Shown here: positions 63,604 through 64,000 of the stretch, one piece after another
How positions within the stretch are numbered: the stretch's first letter is position 1
Layout of the letters: the number at the start of each line of letters is the position of its first letter
Source of the DNA: an uncultured Anaerolineaceae bacterium
GTDB taxonomy: Bacteria > Chloroflexota > Anaerolineae > Anaerolineales > UBA4823
Direction: 5' to 3'
Assembly (NCBI GenBank): GCA_964400875.1
Contig: CAYNWK010000003.1
Location: 34,702 to 98,701, forward strand
Length of the DNA: 64,000 nucleotides
Notes under the pieces: generated by a model
What the model was told of the DNA's origin: nothing
What the model saw: only the letters and a program-made list of their open reading frames with translations
The model's database searches: none
Translations under genes and position numbers: made by a program

Positions 63604-64000
63604 TCATTCCCCGGCTTTTCGCAGGTATCCACCTAAGACAATTTCCCAACCACCCTCATAGCTCTGGCGGACGCGATTGGCACGGTCGCCCAGAACCTCC
63701 CAATTGCGGTGAGTGAGATCGACCTGCGTGCCCGTCCCAGCCGGACGAAAGTTAACTTCGACCTGGGTAGCCCGGTCCGGATCGCCTCCGGGGTGCCAGG
63801 TGAAAGCTACCCGCGCGGGAGGTTCCCAGATGGTGACCTCGCCCCATTCCTCCTGGCGTCCATCTTTCATAGTCTCATAAATACGCCCGCCGATCTGGCC
63901 CTCGAGAGTGCAGCTCACCGCCTTCTCTTCGCCCACCGAATGAGACCGCAGCGGCCACCAGCTGGCGATGCCCTCCGTGAACAGCCGGAAAGCTGCATCG
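63604..64000 (-). CDS. SRPBCC / AHSA1-like protein; the 5' end is cut by the window edge
   Basis: …FTEGIASWWPL…GGRIYETMKDG…WGEVTIWEPPARVAFTW… matches the Aha1/SRPBCC pattern. The frame stays open to position 64000. Confidence 0.75.
   Translation of the reverse strand, partial: DAAFRLFTEGIASWWPLRSHSVGEEKAVSCTLEGQIGGRIYETMKDGRQEEWGEVTIWEPPARVAFTWHPGGDPDRATQVEVNFRPAGTGTQVDLTHRNWEVLGDRANRVRQSYEGGWEIVLGGYLRKAGE

Overview
High-GC (roughly 60%+) bacterial chromosomal segment. Gene content and protein style suggest a Chloroflexota (Anaerolineae-like) genome, but this is inference only and no search was run. The window is densely packed with about 65 protein genes, mostly housekeeping. In order: mgtE; a thioredoxin-DUF2892 fusion plus a stand-alone DUF2892 gene next to a tal-gnd-zwf pentose-phosphate operon; gap; two GT-C membrane glycosyltransferases (PIG-V-like and DUF2723/TMEM260-like) flanking a small secreted Ig/IPT-like protein; MFS, GNAT and ilvE genes; an uncharacterised three-gene operon (unknown, nucleotidyltransferase, PAP2); PGI/PMI and rsmI; an NBR1-like lipoprotein; an MGDG-synthase-like GT with DUF951; M50 protease, an HD protein, tyrA-like and kbl; a five-gene Opp/Dpp-type ABC importer; a DUF58, transglutaminase and MoxR triad; a coaE fusion; cdaA-cdaR; der; lepB; deoC; nudF; a LysM-LTD, DUF1992, dnaX, ybaB, recR string; a small GNAT/ABM accessory patch; and an ECF sigma/anti-sigma pair lying divergent from an 848-aa secreted protein. 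I saw no rRNA, tRNA, CRISPR array, transposase, integrase or phage genes. The strongest signals not explained by genes are these. (1) An ~80-bp nested-palindrome intergenic repeat family is present in at least 10 copies. (2) The GT-C, IPT-like, GT-C cluster is a candidate protein O-mannosylation module. (3) Two ECF-type GTAAC-N16/17-CGT(C/T)T promoters sit in the sigma/secreted-protein divergent region, and the sigma gene looks leaderless. (4) Two secreted-protein genes share a leader with a perfect anti-16S box AAGGAGGTGA about 85 nt upstream of the real start. (5) A cytochrome P450 gene relic lies between nudF and a class II aldolase. All functional calls rest on motif recognition by eye. 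The many long ORFs antisense to real genes are treated as high-GC artefacts.
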